A stretch of DNA of 64,000 nt from a bacterium (lineage in GTDB: Bacteria > RBG-13-61-14 > DATKZS01): the NCBI GenBank assembly GCA_963674965.2, contig CAXXFL010000003.1, positions 384,001 to 448,000 of the forward strand, read 5' to 3'. Positions 37,840-48,136 of the stretch are shown here, one piece after another. A program made the translations under genes and the position numbers. Position 1 is the first letter of the stretch. Each line of letters starts with the position of its first letter. The notes under the pieces were generated by a model. The model did not search any database. It saw only the letters and a program-made list of their open reading frames with translations, and had not been told where the DNA came from.

Positions 37840-39327
37840 TCACTCGCGCAGCAGGGGCACGAACTCGCCCAGTTTCTTTCGGACCGGGAAGTACTTGGTC
37901 TCGAGGGCGGTAAGAGAGTTCAGGACCGACCTCATTCCCCAGTAAAGGCCGCGGAAAAACCAGCGGTTCTTGGGAAAGCGCCAGACGATCTTGGCGATGA
38001 TGGAGGGCCGGAGGAAAAAGGCGCGATAGGCGTCCCTTTGAATTTTAAACAGGTCCACGCCCGTGACGTGAGTGTAAAAGGTCGTCTCGGCCCAGTAGCG
38101 CAGGTTGAAGAAATCGTATCCCGAGAAGTCGAAGTCGGGGTATGCCTCCTTGGCCATCTCGAAGAGCCCGGTCCTCGGGTATACCACCACGGTGAAGAAC
38201 CAAGCCCTGGTCAGCCTCGAGTTTACGGCGTAGTCGATGGACGCCTGCATTTCCTCGCGGGTCTCGCCGGGAAATCCGAGCATGAAGAACCCCTGGGTGA
38301 TGATGCCCTCCGCGTCGGTCCAGGCGATGACCTCCCTTAGCTTTTCCAGGTCGTTGTTTTTCCGGATTCTTTTTTGCAGGCGAGGCGACGCGGTCTCGAC
38401 GGCGTAGGTAATCGAGTAGGCCCCCGCTTTCTTCAGTTTCCGTATCAACTCGCGGTCCATCCTGTCGCCCCGCAGGCCGTTGGGGAAGGCGATCTTGATC
38501 TTGATCCCGCGTTTTACTATCTCGTCGCAGATGGCCTTGGCCCGGGGGAGGTCCAGGTTGAAGATGTCGTCGACAATGTGGATTTCCTTGACGCCGTGCT
38601 CTTTCGTCAGGTACTCGAGCTCGGCCATCACGTTCCCGATGCTTCTTTTCCTTACCTTCTTGCCGAAGATACTGTGGCAGTAAACGCACTGGAAAGGACA
38701 GGCCCGGGTGGTAAAGAGCAGTGCCCAGGGCATGGAATGCACGAAGCCGTTCATGGATATCTGGAGGCCGTATTTCCTGAAGTCGATCATGTCCCACGCG
38801 AGCATGGGCAGGGAGTCCAGGTCCTCGATGGGCTCGCGCTCGCCGGTCCTAAAAACCTCGCCGTCCTTGATAATGGCCAGGCCCGCCACGTTATCGAGCG
38901 TTCTTCCCTCCAGCCAGGCGGCTACCATTTCCTCGAAGGTTTTTTCGCCCTCCCCGATGCAGGCCGCGTCCACGTTTCCCGTCTCGAGTTCCCAGTCGTA
39001 GAAGATCGAGGCGTGAGGACCCCCTATCCAGACGGGGACGTCAGGAAATGTTTTCTTCGAGACGGCGCAAAGCTCGCGGAGTTCGTTTCCCTCGACCGAC
39101 ATGCAGGACATGCAGACCAGGTCGGGTTTGAAGGCCCGGATTCTGTCGGCCACGTCGTCGGCCGAAAGGTCGTAAAGGGCCTGCTCGACCAGTTCCACCT
39201 CGAACTGGTCGGGGAATTTTTCCCTTAAAATCGATATCAGGCTGAGAAACCCCAGGGGCTGGGCGAAACCCATCCTGACGAACCTCTTGCCGGGCCGAAT
39301 CATTATGATTCGTTTTTTTTCACTCAT
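37840..39327 (-). CDS. B12-binding domain radical SAM protein
   Basis: WIGGPHAS, IGEGEKTF, TRACPFQCVYC, VDDIFN, FMLGFPGET. Confidence 0.92.
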   Translation of the reverse strand: MSEKKRIIMIRPGKRFVRMGFAQPLGFLSLISILREKFPDQFEVELVEQALYDLSADDVADRIRAFKPDLVCMSCMSVEGNELRELCAVSKKTFPDVPVWIGGPHASIFYDWELETGNVDAACIGEGEKTFEEMVAAWLEGRTLDNVAGLAIIKDGEVFRTGEREPIEDLDSLPMLAWDMIDFRKYGLQISMNGFVHSMPWALLFTTRACPFQCVYCHSIFGKKVRKRSIGNVMAELEYLTKEHGVKEIHIVDDIFNLDLPRAKAICDEIVKRGIKIKIAFPNGLRGDRMDRELIRKLKKAGAYSITYAVETASPRLQKRIRKNNDLEKLREVIAWTDAEGIITQGFFMLGFPGETREEMQASIDYAVNSRLTRAWFFTVVVYPRTGLFEMAKEAYPDFDFSGYDFFNLRYWAETTFYTHVTGVDLFKIQRDAYRAFFLRPSIIAKIVWRFPKNRWFFRGLYWGMRSVLNSLTALETKYFPVRKKLGEFVPLLRE

Positions 39328-39472
39328 TGGAAATCATACCTCGCGGGTCGGCCTTGCCGGGCGCCGAGCGTCTGGAAGCAATAAAGGAGGCCTCGTATTC
39401 CCGGAGTTGGATTATATCACCGCGGTTGGAACGGTCAAAATTTATGCCAAAGAAAGCGGATGAAAAAAGGGC

Positions 39473-40282
39473 TTATTCGTTCCGCGTCTCGCGGCGGGCC
39501 TTGGCCGCCCTTCTTCTGGCCAGGATAAGGTTGACCGCCTGGTCCTTGACCACGGGATGCAAAAGCATGTTGTCGGCCACGTCCTCCAGGTCCTGCTCGA
39601 GAAGGAAATGCAGAAGGGAAACGGATATCTCCGTGGGCGTATAAGGATTGTTGACCAGGGCTTTTTTCACCACGTAATGATTGGACCATTTCAGGTCCTT
39701 ATAGACGGTCCTCAGTATCTCGGCGCTGGTGGGACGCTTGGAGGCGATCTTGACGACCTCCTTTATCGTGACCGCGGGGTTTTTTAAAAGGTGCTCGATA
39801 ATGACCGGGTCCTGCTCGTGGCAGAGACGGTTGATAAGGTCGCGGTCCCGCATTCTTGCCTTTTGCCTTTTTCCGCCCAGGGTCATGTCCCTGAGCATGG
39901 GATCTTCCTCGAGCTGTTCGTCCTCACCCAGCCGCCTTGCCGGAGGAACCGCCCGCATGAACCTTACCACGTCGTCGTGGCCGCGGGAACGGGCCAGGCT
40001 GTAGACCTCGCTCATGAGACCGAAGCCCAGATGCTTGGATATATGCCTGACGTTGGAGATGGTCCTGAACCCGTCCTCGTAGCGGTCGACCTTGAGTTGG
40101 GCCCGGGCCGTTATAAGCCGGAAAACCTCGAGGATGGTCTCGGCGTCGAGTCGCTTCAGCTTCGAGCCCAGGGCGTAGGAACGCTGGCGCGGATCGACTA
40201 TGCCGGAAATCCTTTGCAGGAGTCGCTCGGTGATCTCGATTATCTCGGGCGAAAAGTCGTTTTCATCTTCCCCGGAAGACAT
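39473..40282 (-). CDS. Conserved-looking hypothetical protein with helical repeats
   Basis: LLKNPAVT..EVVKIASKRP, KKALVNNPYTP; host-like codon usage. Confidence 0.7.
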   Translation of the reverse strand: MSSGEDENDFSPEIIEITERLLQRISGIVDPRQRSYALGSKLKRLDAETILEVFRLITARAQLKVDRYEDGFRTISNVRHISKHLGFGLMSEVYSLARSRGHDDVVRFMRAVPPARRLGEDEQLEEDPMLRDMTLGGKRQKARMRDRDLINRLCHEQDPVIIEHLLKNPAVTIKEVVKIASKRPTSAEILRTVYKDLKWSNHYVVKKALVNNPYTPTEISVSLLHFLLEQDLEDVADNMLLHPVVKDQAVNLILARRRAAKARRETRNE

Positions 40283-40312
40283 GGCGCGAGAGTTTAGGGA
40301 AACGGCGCGGGG

Positions 40313-41830
40313 CTATTCCCCGACGTTGTTGGCCCCGACCACCGAGGGAGCCGTAAACTTCAGCTTGCCCGCCGGATAATCGAAAAACACGACGGTGAAG
40401 GCCCGGGACTCGCGCGGGCCAACCTCGATGCATCCCATGTTGCGCCCGCCCGAGGTGTCCATGGCCCCCAGGATAAAGTCCTTGCTCATGGTCTGAAGAT
40501 CGTCCAGGGCAAAGGAAACGTCGCAATAACTACGGCCCGTCACCACCCGCTGCTCGGTCTCGTCCTTCAGCGTGACCTCCACCAGGATGTTGCTCTTGAC
40601 CTTGTTGGTCCCGTTGGTCACCTGGCCCGTCACAACCACGATGACCGATCCGTCCTCCCTCGTGACCGTGTCGACCTTGTAGCCCTTCTCGACCATAATC
40701 TCGCCGGTCTCGGGCTCGGGTATCCAGCCCTTTTCGATCATGAACTTTTGCACGGCGGGCATTTGTTTGATCTTCTCGATATTAAGACCCGCCGCCACGC
40801 CGGCCGCGACAAGAAGCGCGAGAAAGACCAGCCCCACGTATTTTCCCGCGGAACTCTTCTGGGCGGGCCGGGATATGACCGGCTTCGGGGGAGGCGGAGG
40901 CGCGGCGGAACTTTCTTCAATCTCCGTCCTGCCGCGAGAAGACTCTCCGTCAAAATCGGCGTCTCCTATGCTGGCCTCGAGGTCGTCACCCGCGGGCTTT
41001 TTCGAACTGGGCGACCTGATGAAGTCGTCCACGTCCATGGGCATGTCGAGGTCGTCGCCGCCCCGGTCGGGAAGACTGTCGTCGGCGTCGAATTGGAAGT
41101 CTCCAAAGCCCCCGTCGTCGTCTCCGTCCCCGGCTCCGGCTCCAGCTCCAAACCCCTCGTCTTCGCCGAAGCTGACGTTTCCCCACTCCTCGTCGGAGGG
41201 CGGGGAAGCGGCGGGCTTGGGCTCGGGAGCGGGGGGCGGCGCGCCGGGAGGGGCCGCTTCCTTGCCCGAGTCGGCGAAGCTGTCGTCGTCGAACTTGAAG
41301 TCGCCGAAGTCGTCGTCGGCCCCGGCCTTGGGAGAAGCCGCCTTGGGAGAAGCCGCCTTGGGCGGAGCGGGCTTGGGCGGAGCGGGCTTGGGAGGAGGGG
41401 CCGGGGCCTCTTCCTCGCCGTCGGAAAGGGAGAAGTCCTCGTCGGCGAAATCGAAATCGTCGCCGCCCGAGACGGGGGCCGCCGGCGAGTCCTCGAGAAA
41501 GCCGGGGTCCATTCCCGGAGCGGGAGGAGGAGGGCTGGGAGCGGAGGGAGCGGGAGCGGATTCGTCCGGGGAAATTTCCCCGTCGCTTTCCTCGCCGAAA
41601 TCCATGTCATCGGAAAAATTGAAGTCGGAGAACGGGTCGTCTCCCGCCGGTCCCGAGCCGCCGGCCGCGGGAGGCGGGGCCGGCGCGGCGGAGGCCGCCT
41701 CCTGGCCGTCGCCCTTTTTGACCGTAAACACGCTCTTACACTTGGAACAGCGGACCTTGACGCCCTTGGGCCCGACCTTTTCGTCGGCAAGCTGGAACTT
41801 GGCTCCACATTTATCACAGTTAACAATCAT
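40313..41830 (-). CDS. MJ0042-type zinc-ribbon membrane protein with C-terminal DUF3426-like domain
   Basis: MIVNCDKCGAKF...KVRCSKCKSVF, long Pro/acidic linker, one TM helix, VTGQVTN domain. Confidence 0.85.
   Translation of the reverse strand: MIVNCDKCGAKFQLADEKVGPKGVKVRCSKCKSVFTVKKGDGQEAASAAPAPPPAAGGSGPAGDDPFSDFNFSDDMDFGEESDGEISPDESAPAPSAPSPPPPAPGMDPGFLEDSPAAPVSGGDDFDFADEDFSLSDGEEEAPAPPPKPAPPKPAPPKAASPKAASPKAGADDDFGDFKFDDDSFADSGKEAAPPGAPPPAPEPKPAASPPSDEEWGNVSFGEDEGFGAGAGAGDGDDDGGFGDFQFDADDSLPDRGGDDLDMPMDVDDFIRSPSSKKPAGDDLEASIGDADFDGESSRGRTEIEESSAAPPPPPKPVISRPAQKSSAGKYVGLVFLALLVAAGVAAGLNIEKIKQMPAVQKFMIEKGWIPEPETGEIMVEKGYKVDTVTREDGSVIVVVTGQVTNGTNKVKSNILVEVTLKDETEQRVVTGRSYCDVSFALDDLQTMSKDFILGAMDTSGGRNMGCIEVGPRESRAFTVVFFDYPAGKLKFTAPSVVGANNVGE
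41325..41399. repeat. Five tandem 15-bp units encoding PKPAP/PKAAS
   Basis: GCCTTGGGAGAAGCC x2, GCCTTGGGCGGAGCG, GGCTTGGGCGGAGCG, GGCTTGGGAGGAGGG. Confidence 0.8.
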
Positions 41831-42000
41831 TTAATAACCCATCTCCGGCTTGTGTCGATTTGGCGGAAACATTAATCCCGTAATTTAATCATACCTTAAC
41901 AAAGCGGGGGGTGGAAATCAAGCCCGCTCGCTCTTTCCGGCCAAACCGCCTCGGACCTCCGGCGCGAAACGCCTCCAAGGGGGGGCATTTTTGGGCATGG

Positions 42001-43785
42001 TCAATAATAATACCAGATGGTGGAGTAGTCGGCCGGGTCCTCTCCCATGGATTCCAGCCGCTTGAGGTATTCCAGGATGGGAACGTCGTAACCAACGTAG
42101 GTATCGAGGCCGTCCTTTAAATTTCTCTCCCAGGGGAAGAACTCGTACACCCTGGAGCCATTGGGCTTTATGGCCAGCAGGTCCCGCGAGGACTGGGCCC
42201 TCAAATAATTCTTTCCCAGGCCGGGCACGTTGAAAACGGCCTCGTCGGTCCTGCTCAGTCCCGGCAGCAGCCGGGCCTCCTCCGCCTGTTCCTGCAGGAG
42301 GCGGGCGATGGGAACGCGGTAATCCGAGGTTTCCTCCTTGCCCTTCACGTTGAAGGTGTAATAGGGGTCGGCGCCGGCAAGCCTCATGTAATGCCTGACC
42401 GCGACCGCCTCGAACCTCCTCGAGACGTGGAAGGTGTAAACCATCTGGTTGTACACCGAAACCCCGCGCGACTTGAGCCGGTTGACCGCCTCGACCACCT
42501 CGGGCGTGATCTCGTAGGCGTGCTGGGCGTGGGTGACCAGGGACACCCTGAGCTTGCCGGGCTCGCGCAGCGATCCCAAAAGGTCCGCGAGCTCGTTCGT
42601 TATCCGCATGGGCGCCGTAATCAGGGCCCTTGTCCCTATCCTTATGAACTCGACGGTGGGGATACGCGAAAGGCGCGTGAGGATTTCCTCGAGCCTCTTG
42701 ACGCCGAGTCCGAAAGGGTCGCCGCCGGTGACGAGCACCTCACGCAGGGACTCGCGCTCGGAAATCCATTGCAGGGCGGAATCGATTTTGTCATGGGAGG
42801 CCAGGGCCTTTTTTCCCATGGGCTCTTCGATCTCCCAGTTCCTCTGGCAATAAACGCAAATTTGGGGGCAGGCGTTAAAGGGCTTGAATATGGCGATGGA
42901 GGGATACCGCCTGGTGACGAGGTCTATGGGCGAGGTCTCGCCCTCCAGCATGTAGTCGAGGGAGCACCCGCCCTCGTCCTTGATCCTGGAGACGCGCTCG
43001 ACGTATCCCATGGGAGGAAAGACCTGAGCCCGGATGGCCCGGTCCCTGCCCGACGGCTCGTCGTCCATCAGCGAAAGGTAATAGGGGGTGACGCCGAAGG
43101 GAAGGCCCTTTTGAATGGCCGCCGCCGCGGCTTCCTCCTCCTCCCGGCCGAGGCGGACCAGCTTTTTCAGGTCCTCGACCCGGCGGACGACGTGCCTGAA
43201 CTGCCACTTGTAATCCCACCAGTCCCCGTCCGAACCCGAGAGGACCTTCAATATCTTCTCGCGCCGCGCGGCCCGCCGGGCGACGGCGGCCTCGGACAAG
43301 CCGCTCTCGAAGCGTTTAATGCCGGGGCCCAGGCGCTTCTCCCAAATTTCGTCAAGGCCGGCGCTTCGGGCGACGGCCGCCTCCCGTCCGGCAAGCTCCC
43401 CGCCGCCGGCCTGGGCGCTCAAGAAGGAGTCGTCTCCCATGACGCCGGTAAGAACGTGGATAAGGTCGGCCCAAAAGGCCTCGGCCAAATCGGGACGGGC
43501 CTTGCCTCGGGCCTCGTCGTAAATGGCCTGGGTCACCGAAAAGCCCGCCAGTTCCTCGGACCGCGTCTTCAACATGGTCCGGAGCGCCCGGGCCGAGTCG
43601 CGCTCCCGCATGATCCGGTTAAAATCGACCTCGCGGGAGCGGGAAAAATTTTTATACTCGACTCGAAGCGCGTGCTCGGAAAGCCTGGCCCTGGCGTCGT
43701 CCACCGAGTCGGCGGCGCGGGCGATCCGGAAAAAATCCGGCGCCGCGATCTTTGCCTCCTCGGCGTTGTATTTTCTTTCCTTCAC
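42001..43785 (-). CDS. KamA-family (lysine 2,3-aminomutase-like) radical SAM protein with N-terminal extension
   Basis: FGVTPYYLSL, TRRYP, CPQICVYCQR, VLVTGGDP, IRIGTR, VPGLGK. Confidence 0.9.
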   Translation of the reverse strand: MKERKYNAEEAKIAAPDFFRIARAADSVDDARARLSEHALRVEYKNFSRSREVDFNRIMRERDSARALRTMLKTRSEELAGFSVTQAIYDEARGKARPDLAEAFWADLIHVLTGVMGDDSFLSAQAGGGELAGREAAVARSAGLDEIWEKRLGPGIKRFESGLSEAAVARRAARREKILKVLSGSDGDWWDYKWQFRHVVRRVEDLKKLVRLGREEEEAAAAAIQKGLPFGVTPYYLSLMDDEPSGRDRAIRAQVFPPMGYVERVSRIKDEGGCSLDYMLEGETSPIDLVTRRYPSIAIFKPFNACPQICVYCQRNWEIEEPMGKKALASHDKIDSALQWISERESLREVLVTGGDPFGLGVKRLEEILTRLSRIPTVEFIRIGTRALITAPMRITNELADLLGSLREPGKLRVSLVTHAQHAYEITPEVVEAVNRLKSRGVSVYNQMVYTFHVSRRFEAVAVRHYMRLAGADPYYTFNVKGKEETSDYRVPIARLLQEQAEEARLLPGLSRTDEAVFNVPGLGKNYLRAQSSRDLLAIKPNGSRVYEFFPWERNLKDGLDTYVGYDVPILEYLKRLESMGEDPADYSTIWYYY

Positions 43786-44091
43786 GTCGTCTTGCCTGAT
43801 GAAAGTCCTCGGGAGACCCCGCCCGGGGGCGGTTCGCCTATACCAGAGACTCTCCCGTCCAGTTGAATCGGACCAACAAGTTAATCGAGAATGACAAAAG
43901 CAAAAATGGAGCGAAGATAAAGGGCATAAGCCAAAATATGCCCTACTAAATTATAATAGCCAAGGCTCGTTTCACAGTCAAATTGTCGGGGTAATTTTTT
44001 TATGTGTAAAAATAAGTTAACCTTTTGATAATCAAGGGAAGACATGATCGGTCAACTCGACCGCGAAAGGTAACAATCGGGAGGTGAAAAA

Positions 44092-44490
44092 ATGATCGTA
44101 AAAGACCTTTCTTCCTGCGTGGTCACGAACAAAATCGATGAGACCAGGGAATTCTACGTGAGGCATTTCGGCGGCAAGGTGATCTTCGACTGCGGCTGGT
44201 ACGTGAACGTCCGGTTCGAGCCGGACGGCCGTGCCATGCAGTTCATGGCGCCTCAAGGCGGGGACCAGCCTTTATTTGGGGGGACGGGACTGACCTTTAA
44301 CTTCTCGGTGAGCGACGTGGACTCGGAGTACGCTCGGCTGAGGTCCGAGGGTCTATCGCCTCTTTCCTCCCCCGAGGACCACCCCTGGGGAGACCGGGGA
44401 TTCGCCCTGGCCGACCCCAACGGCGTGATGCTTTACCTCTACCAGGAAATCGAGCCCTCGCCCGAGTTCAAGAAATATTTTCTCGAGTAG
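44092..44490 (+). CDS. VOC/glyoxalase family protein
   Basis: TREFY, VSDVD, PEDHPWGDRGF..ADPNG. Confidence 0.88.
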   Translation: MIVKDLSSCVVTNKIDETREFYVRHFGGKVIFDCGWYVNVRFEPDGRAMQFMAPQGGDQPLFGGTGLTFNFSVSDVDSEYARLRSEGLSPLSSPEDHPWGDRGFALADPNGVMLYLYQEIEPSPEFKKYFLE

Positions 44491-44495
44491 CCGCT

Positions 44496-45317
44496 TTACA
44501 AATACAAGCGGGACTTCTTTTGGGCCAGGCTTTCCCTGGTTTCACCGCGCTGGGCGAGGATCGACTTCCAGAACGCGCTCATATCGGCGAACTTAAGCGC
44601 GTTCTCGGGGCAGACCGCGAGACAGCGAAGGCACAGGATGCACTTGTCCCTGGCGGCCTCTCCCTTTTGGGCGTCCATGGCCGAGGTGGGGCAAAGGTCC
44701 TGGCAATCCATGCACATGCCGCAATCGGCTCCCATCCGGGAGGGGAGTTGGGGCACGGACGCCCTCATGCCCTTTTCGATCTGGTCGAGAGTTTTATCGT
44801 CGCTCTTTCCCTCGGGGAACTCCCCCGGCCTTCCCCGGTCCTCGCCCTTGAAGCGGGCGAGAGTTTTGGCCGCGTATTCCCGGGCGACCTCGAGGTCGGA
44901 CTCGTCGGGCCTTCCCACCATGGCCTCCCAACCGGCGCGGTTATAGGTGTGCTCGCCCAGGAACTCGGCCGAGGAAACAAGGTCGAATCCTTTGCCCTCC
45001 AGTATGGCCCGGGTGGACCGGTGAGCGGGATGGGAGTTGACTCCTCCGTAGGTAAAAAAGGTCGAGCATTTCCTGCCCCCGCCCTCGAGCGTCCCCAGCC
45101 ATTCCCTCATGATGGCGGGCGCGCGGTTCACGAATATGGGAAAGCCGAAAACCACGGCGTCATGCCCGGAAAGATCGAGGTTTTCCTCCCTGTCCTTGAA
45201 CGAGGTCACGTCCCGGGCCGTGACCTTGGCGCCAAGGTCAGAAAAGGCCTCGCTCACGGCCTCGGCCATCTTCCGGGTGTTGCCGGTGGAAGAGAAATAA
45301 GCGATCAAAATATCCAT
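44496..45317 (-). CDS. Flavodoxin-fold plus 2x[4Fe-4S] protein (EFR1-like)
   Basis: YFSSTGNT, CGMCMDCQDLCP, CILCLRCLAVCP. Confidence 0.88.
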   Translation of the reverse strand: MDILIAYFSSTGNTRKMAEAVSEAFSDLGAKVTARDVTSFKDREENLDLSGHDAVVFGFPIFVNRAPAIMREWLGTLEGGGRKCSTFFTYGGVNSHPAHRSTRAILEGKGFDLVSSAEFLGEHTYNRAGWEAMVGRPDESDLEVAREYAAKTLARFKGEDRGRPGEFPEGKSDDKTLDQIEKGMRASVPQLPSRMGADCGMCMDCQDLCPTSAMDAQKGEAARDKCILCLRCLAVCPENALKFADMSAFWKSILAQRGETRESLAQKKSRLYL

Positions 45318-45374
45318 GGGGCGCCTCCTTGCACGGGTAATAAATCCGAAAATACCGCGTCCATTAGGGGCCGT

Positions 45375-47084
45375 CTAGGTGGACGCGTCTATGAATTCGC
45401 GGGCCAGGGCCGCCGCCTTCTCGAGGTCGGCCAGGCGTGGCTTTTCCTCGGTCCGTCCCTTGATCTCGACTTTTCCCTGCTTTAAGTTCTTCGACCCTAT
45501 CACGATCCGGAGGGGAATCCCCAGGAGGTCCGCGTCCTTGAATTTCACGCCCGCCCTCTCGTCCCGGTCGTCCATGAGCACCTCGAGTCCCTTTTCCTCG
45601 AGTTCTTTTTCGAGCTTGTCGGCCGCGGCCATTGAATCCTCGTCGTTCACGTTGATGGGCATGAGGTAGACGTGGAAGGGCGCTATCTGGGGTTTCCAGA
45701 CGATGCCGTTCTCGTCGTTGTTCTGCTCGATGGCCGCCGCCGCGGTCCGGCCGGTTCCGATGCCGTAGCATCCCATGACCAGTGGTTTTTCCTTGCCTTC
45801 CTTGTCCAGGAAGAGGGCCCCCATGGCCTCGGAGTACTGGGTCCCCAGTTTGAAGATGTGGCCCACCTCGATGCCCTTGGTCACGCGCATCGCGGTGGCG
45901 CACCTCGGACACGGGTCGCCCTCCCCCACCAGTCTCAGGTCCGCCACCTGCTTGACCTGGAAGTCAACCCCAGGCGTGGCGTTTATATAATGATGGTCTC
46001 CCTCGTTGGCGCCCACCACCAGGTTCCTCGCCCCGTCCAACTCGGAGTCAAGATAGACGGGAAGGTTGATGCCCACGGGACCGGAAAAACCCATGGGTCC
46101 TCCCGTGTACTGCTCGATGCGCATGGGCTCGGCCAGATGGGCCCAAGCCACGTCGAGGCAGGCCGTGAGTTTTTCCTCGTTAAGTTCCCGGTCGCCCCGG
46201 ACCATGGCCGCCTTGGGGCCGTTGGGAGTGTCGAAGATTAAGGTCTTGGCCACCCTCTTGGGCGAAATTTTAAGGAAACTCGATACCTGCTCGACCGTGT
46301 GGGTCCCCGGCGTGTGGACCTTCTCGAGGGCCTTGTCATCCTCGTCGCCCCCGACGGGGTCCTCGGGCCGGGACTCGGCCAGCTCGACGTTGGCCGCGTA
46401 GCCGCACTTGTCGCAAACGGCTATGGTGTCCTCCCCCGTGTCGGCGATGACCATGAACTCGTGGCTGAAGGCCCCGCCGATCTGGCCGGTCTGGGCCTCG
46501 ACGGGCTGGAAGTTAAGTCCGCAGCGCTTGAAAATCCTTTTATAGGCCTCGTACATGTCATGGTAAGTGCGCTCGGCCGAGGGGTCGTCGGCGTCGAAGC
46601 TGTAGGCGTCCTTCATCTCGAACTCGCGGGCCCTCATGACCCCGAAGCGGGGCCTTATCTCGTCGCGGAATTTCATCTGTATCTGGTAAAGGCAAAGGGG
46701 AAGGTCGCGGTAGCTTTTAATCTCGCCCTTTACCAGGTCCGTTATGACCTCCTCGTGGGTGGGGCCCAGGCAGAATTCCCTGTCGCGGCGGTCCTTGAGG
46801 CGAAGCAGCTCGGGCCCGTACTTTTCCCACCTGCCCGACTCCTCCCAGAGCTCGGCCGGCTGGACCATGGGAAGGTGGACCTCCTGGGCCCCCGCGGCGT
46901 TCATCTCCTCCCGCACGATCCTTTCCACTTTCCGCAGGACCCGAAGCCCCAAGGGCAGCCAGGTGTATATGCCCGAGGCAACCTTGCGGATCATGCCGGC
47001 GCGGAGCATCAGCTTGTGACTTATTACCTCGGCCTCGGCCGGGACCTCCCGCAAAGTGGGAAGATATATCCTGGAAATACGCAT
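45375..47084 (-). CDS. proS: Proline--tRNA ligase
   Basis: LGPTHEE, KFRDEIRPRFGVMRAREF.MKDAYSF, GIEVGHIFKLG, MGCYGIG. Confidence 0.98.
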   Translation of the reverse strand: MRISRIYLPTLREVPAEAEVISHKLMLRAGMIRKVASGIYTWLPLGLRVLRKVERIVREEMNAAGAQEVHLPMVQPAELWEESGRWEKYGPELLRLKDRRDREFCLGPTHEEVITDLVKGEIKSYRDLPLCLYQIQMKFRDEIRPRFGVMRAREFEMKDAYSFDADDPSAERTYHDMYEAYKRIFKRCGLNFQPVEAQTGQIGGAFSHEFMVIADTGEDTIAVCDKCGYAANVELAESRPEDPVGGDEDDKALEKVHTPGTHTVEQVSSFLKISPKRVAKTLIFDTPNGPKAAMVRGDRELNEEKLTACLDVAWAHLAEPMRIEQYTGGPMGFSGPVGINLPVYLDSELDGARNLVVGANEGDHHYINATPGVDFQVKQVADLRLVGEGDPCPRCATAMRVTKGIEVGHIFKLGTQYSEAMGALFLDKEGKEKPLVMGCYGIGTGRTAAAAIEQNNDENGIVWKPQIAPFHVYLMPINVNDEDSMAAADKLEKELEEKGLEVLMDDRDERAGVKFKDADLLGIPLRIVIGSKNLKQGKVEIKGRTEEKPRLADLEKAAALAREFIDAST

Positions 47085-47450
47085 TGATTGATCTCCTGTT
47101 CTTTAAAACCTCGACATATTTTAGACGACGCCCCCCCTCCAGGCAAGCCCCCCGATAATATGTAAAAAGGGATTTGCCACCCCTTTGCCTTTATGCTATA
47201 TTCCTTGACGCGCGGTGGTTAATGCGCGGGCTCCAGGCTCCAATCTCTTTATGCGGACTCTCGCGACGCGGTTGCTCTTTTATCAAGCGGAAAAAATATC
47301 ACCGGAAGACCACGCTCCGGCTGGGAATGGATACGCGTTTCGGCCGCGGACGCGTGTTTGGCTTTCGAGCGTAATACGGCGACGACAAGGACGATACGCC
47401 ATTTTTGGCGTTTGTCTATACGGGAAGTGATCGATTTGGGAGGAGGGACC

Positions 47451-48062
47451 ATGAATAACGGGAGAGCGATGAATTACTTTTCGATAATCTTAGCCGCGTG
47501 CATATGCGCGCTGACTTTTGGATGCGAGAAGCCCATCGCCGAGATGAAGCGGGCGGAGGAAGCCATCGACAAGGCCAAGCGCTCGGAGTCGGCCCTTTGC
47601 TCGACGGCCGAGATAAGCGCGGCGGAGAAGGCTTATAAAGAAGGCCTAAACATGATGGACACTTTCCGCTACAACTCGGCCAAGCAAAGGTTCGAGGACG
47701 CCTACTCGAAGGCGACGATGGTGCAGAACGCCAGGTGCAAGCGCTACCCTGCCCCCTCTTTCGAGGGACCGGCGGCGAGAAGGGTCAGGGACCGGCACAC
47801 GGTGGTCAGCGGCGAGTGCCTTTGGTACATCTCCGAGTACTCCGACATTTACGGAGACCCCTTCCAGTGGCCCATCATCTATGACGCCAACCGCGGCGAG
47901 ATCGACTCGACGGCCCACTCCAAGGGCCATTACTACAAGGAGGAGGACCATATCTACCCGGGCCAGGTATTCGAGATACCCCGGGACTCGTCCATCGGTG
48001 AAATCAAGGACGCCCGCAAAAGGGCCGGAGCCCCAGCGCCCTACGCGCCGCCGGGCAGATAA
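47451..48062 (+). CDS. LysM peptidoglycan-binding lipoprotein with N-terminal helical (DUF4398-like) region
   Basis: LTFGC lipobox, HTVVSGECLWYIS..IYGDPFQWPIIYDAN..IYPGQVFEIP. Confidence 0.85.
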   Translation: MNNGRAMNYFSIILAACICALTFGCEKPIAEMKRAEEAIDKAKRSESALCSTAEISAAEKAYKEGLNMMDTFRYNSAKQRFEDAYSKATMVQNARCKRYPAPSFEGPAARRVRDRHTVVSGECLWYISEYSDIYGDPFQWPIIYDANRGEIDSTAHSKGHYYKEEDHIYPGQVFEIPRDSSIGEIKDARKRAGAPAPYAPPGR

Positions 48063-48081
48063 CCTCGCTTTAAAAAACGGC

Positions 48082-48112
48082 AAAGCCCCGGAAACTCCTC
48101 CGGGGCTTTTTT
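48082..48112. terminator. Intrinsic terminator between convergent genes
   Basis: AAAGCCCCGGA-loop-TCCGGGGCTTT followed by a T run. Confidence 0.8.
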
Positions 48113-48136
48113 ATGTCGGATTATCGGCTTGCCGGT

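Noticed and set aside
43790-43870. Glycine-riboswitch-like words (GGAGAG...TCAGGCAA) upstream of the KamA-like gene
   Set aside because: The central CGCCGAAG/GCAA core is missing, so the resemblance is too partial.
42001-47084. EF-P modification link between the KamA-like gene and proS
   Set aside because: There is no efp or epmA in the window, the protein is much longer than EpmB, and unrelated genes intervene.
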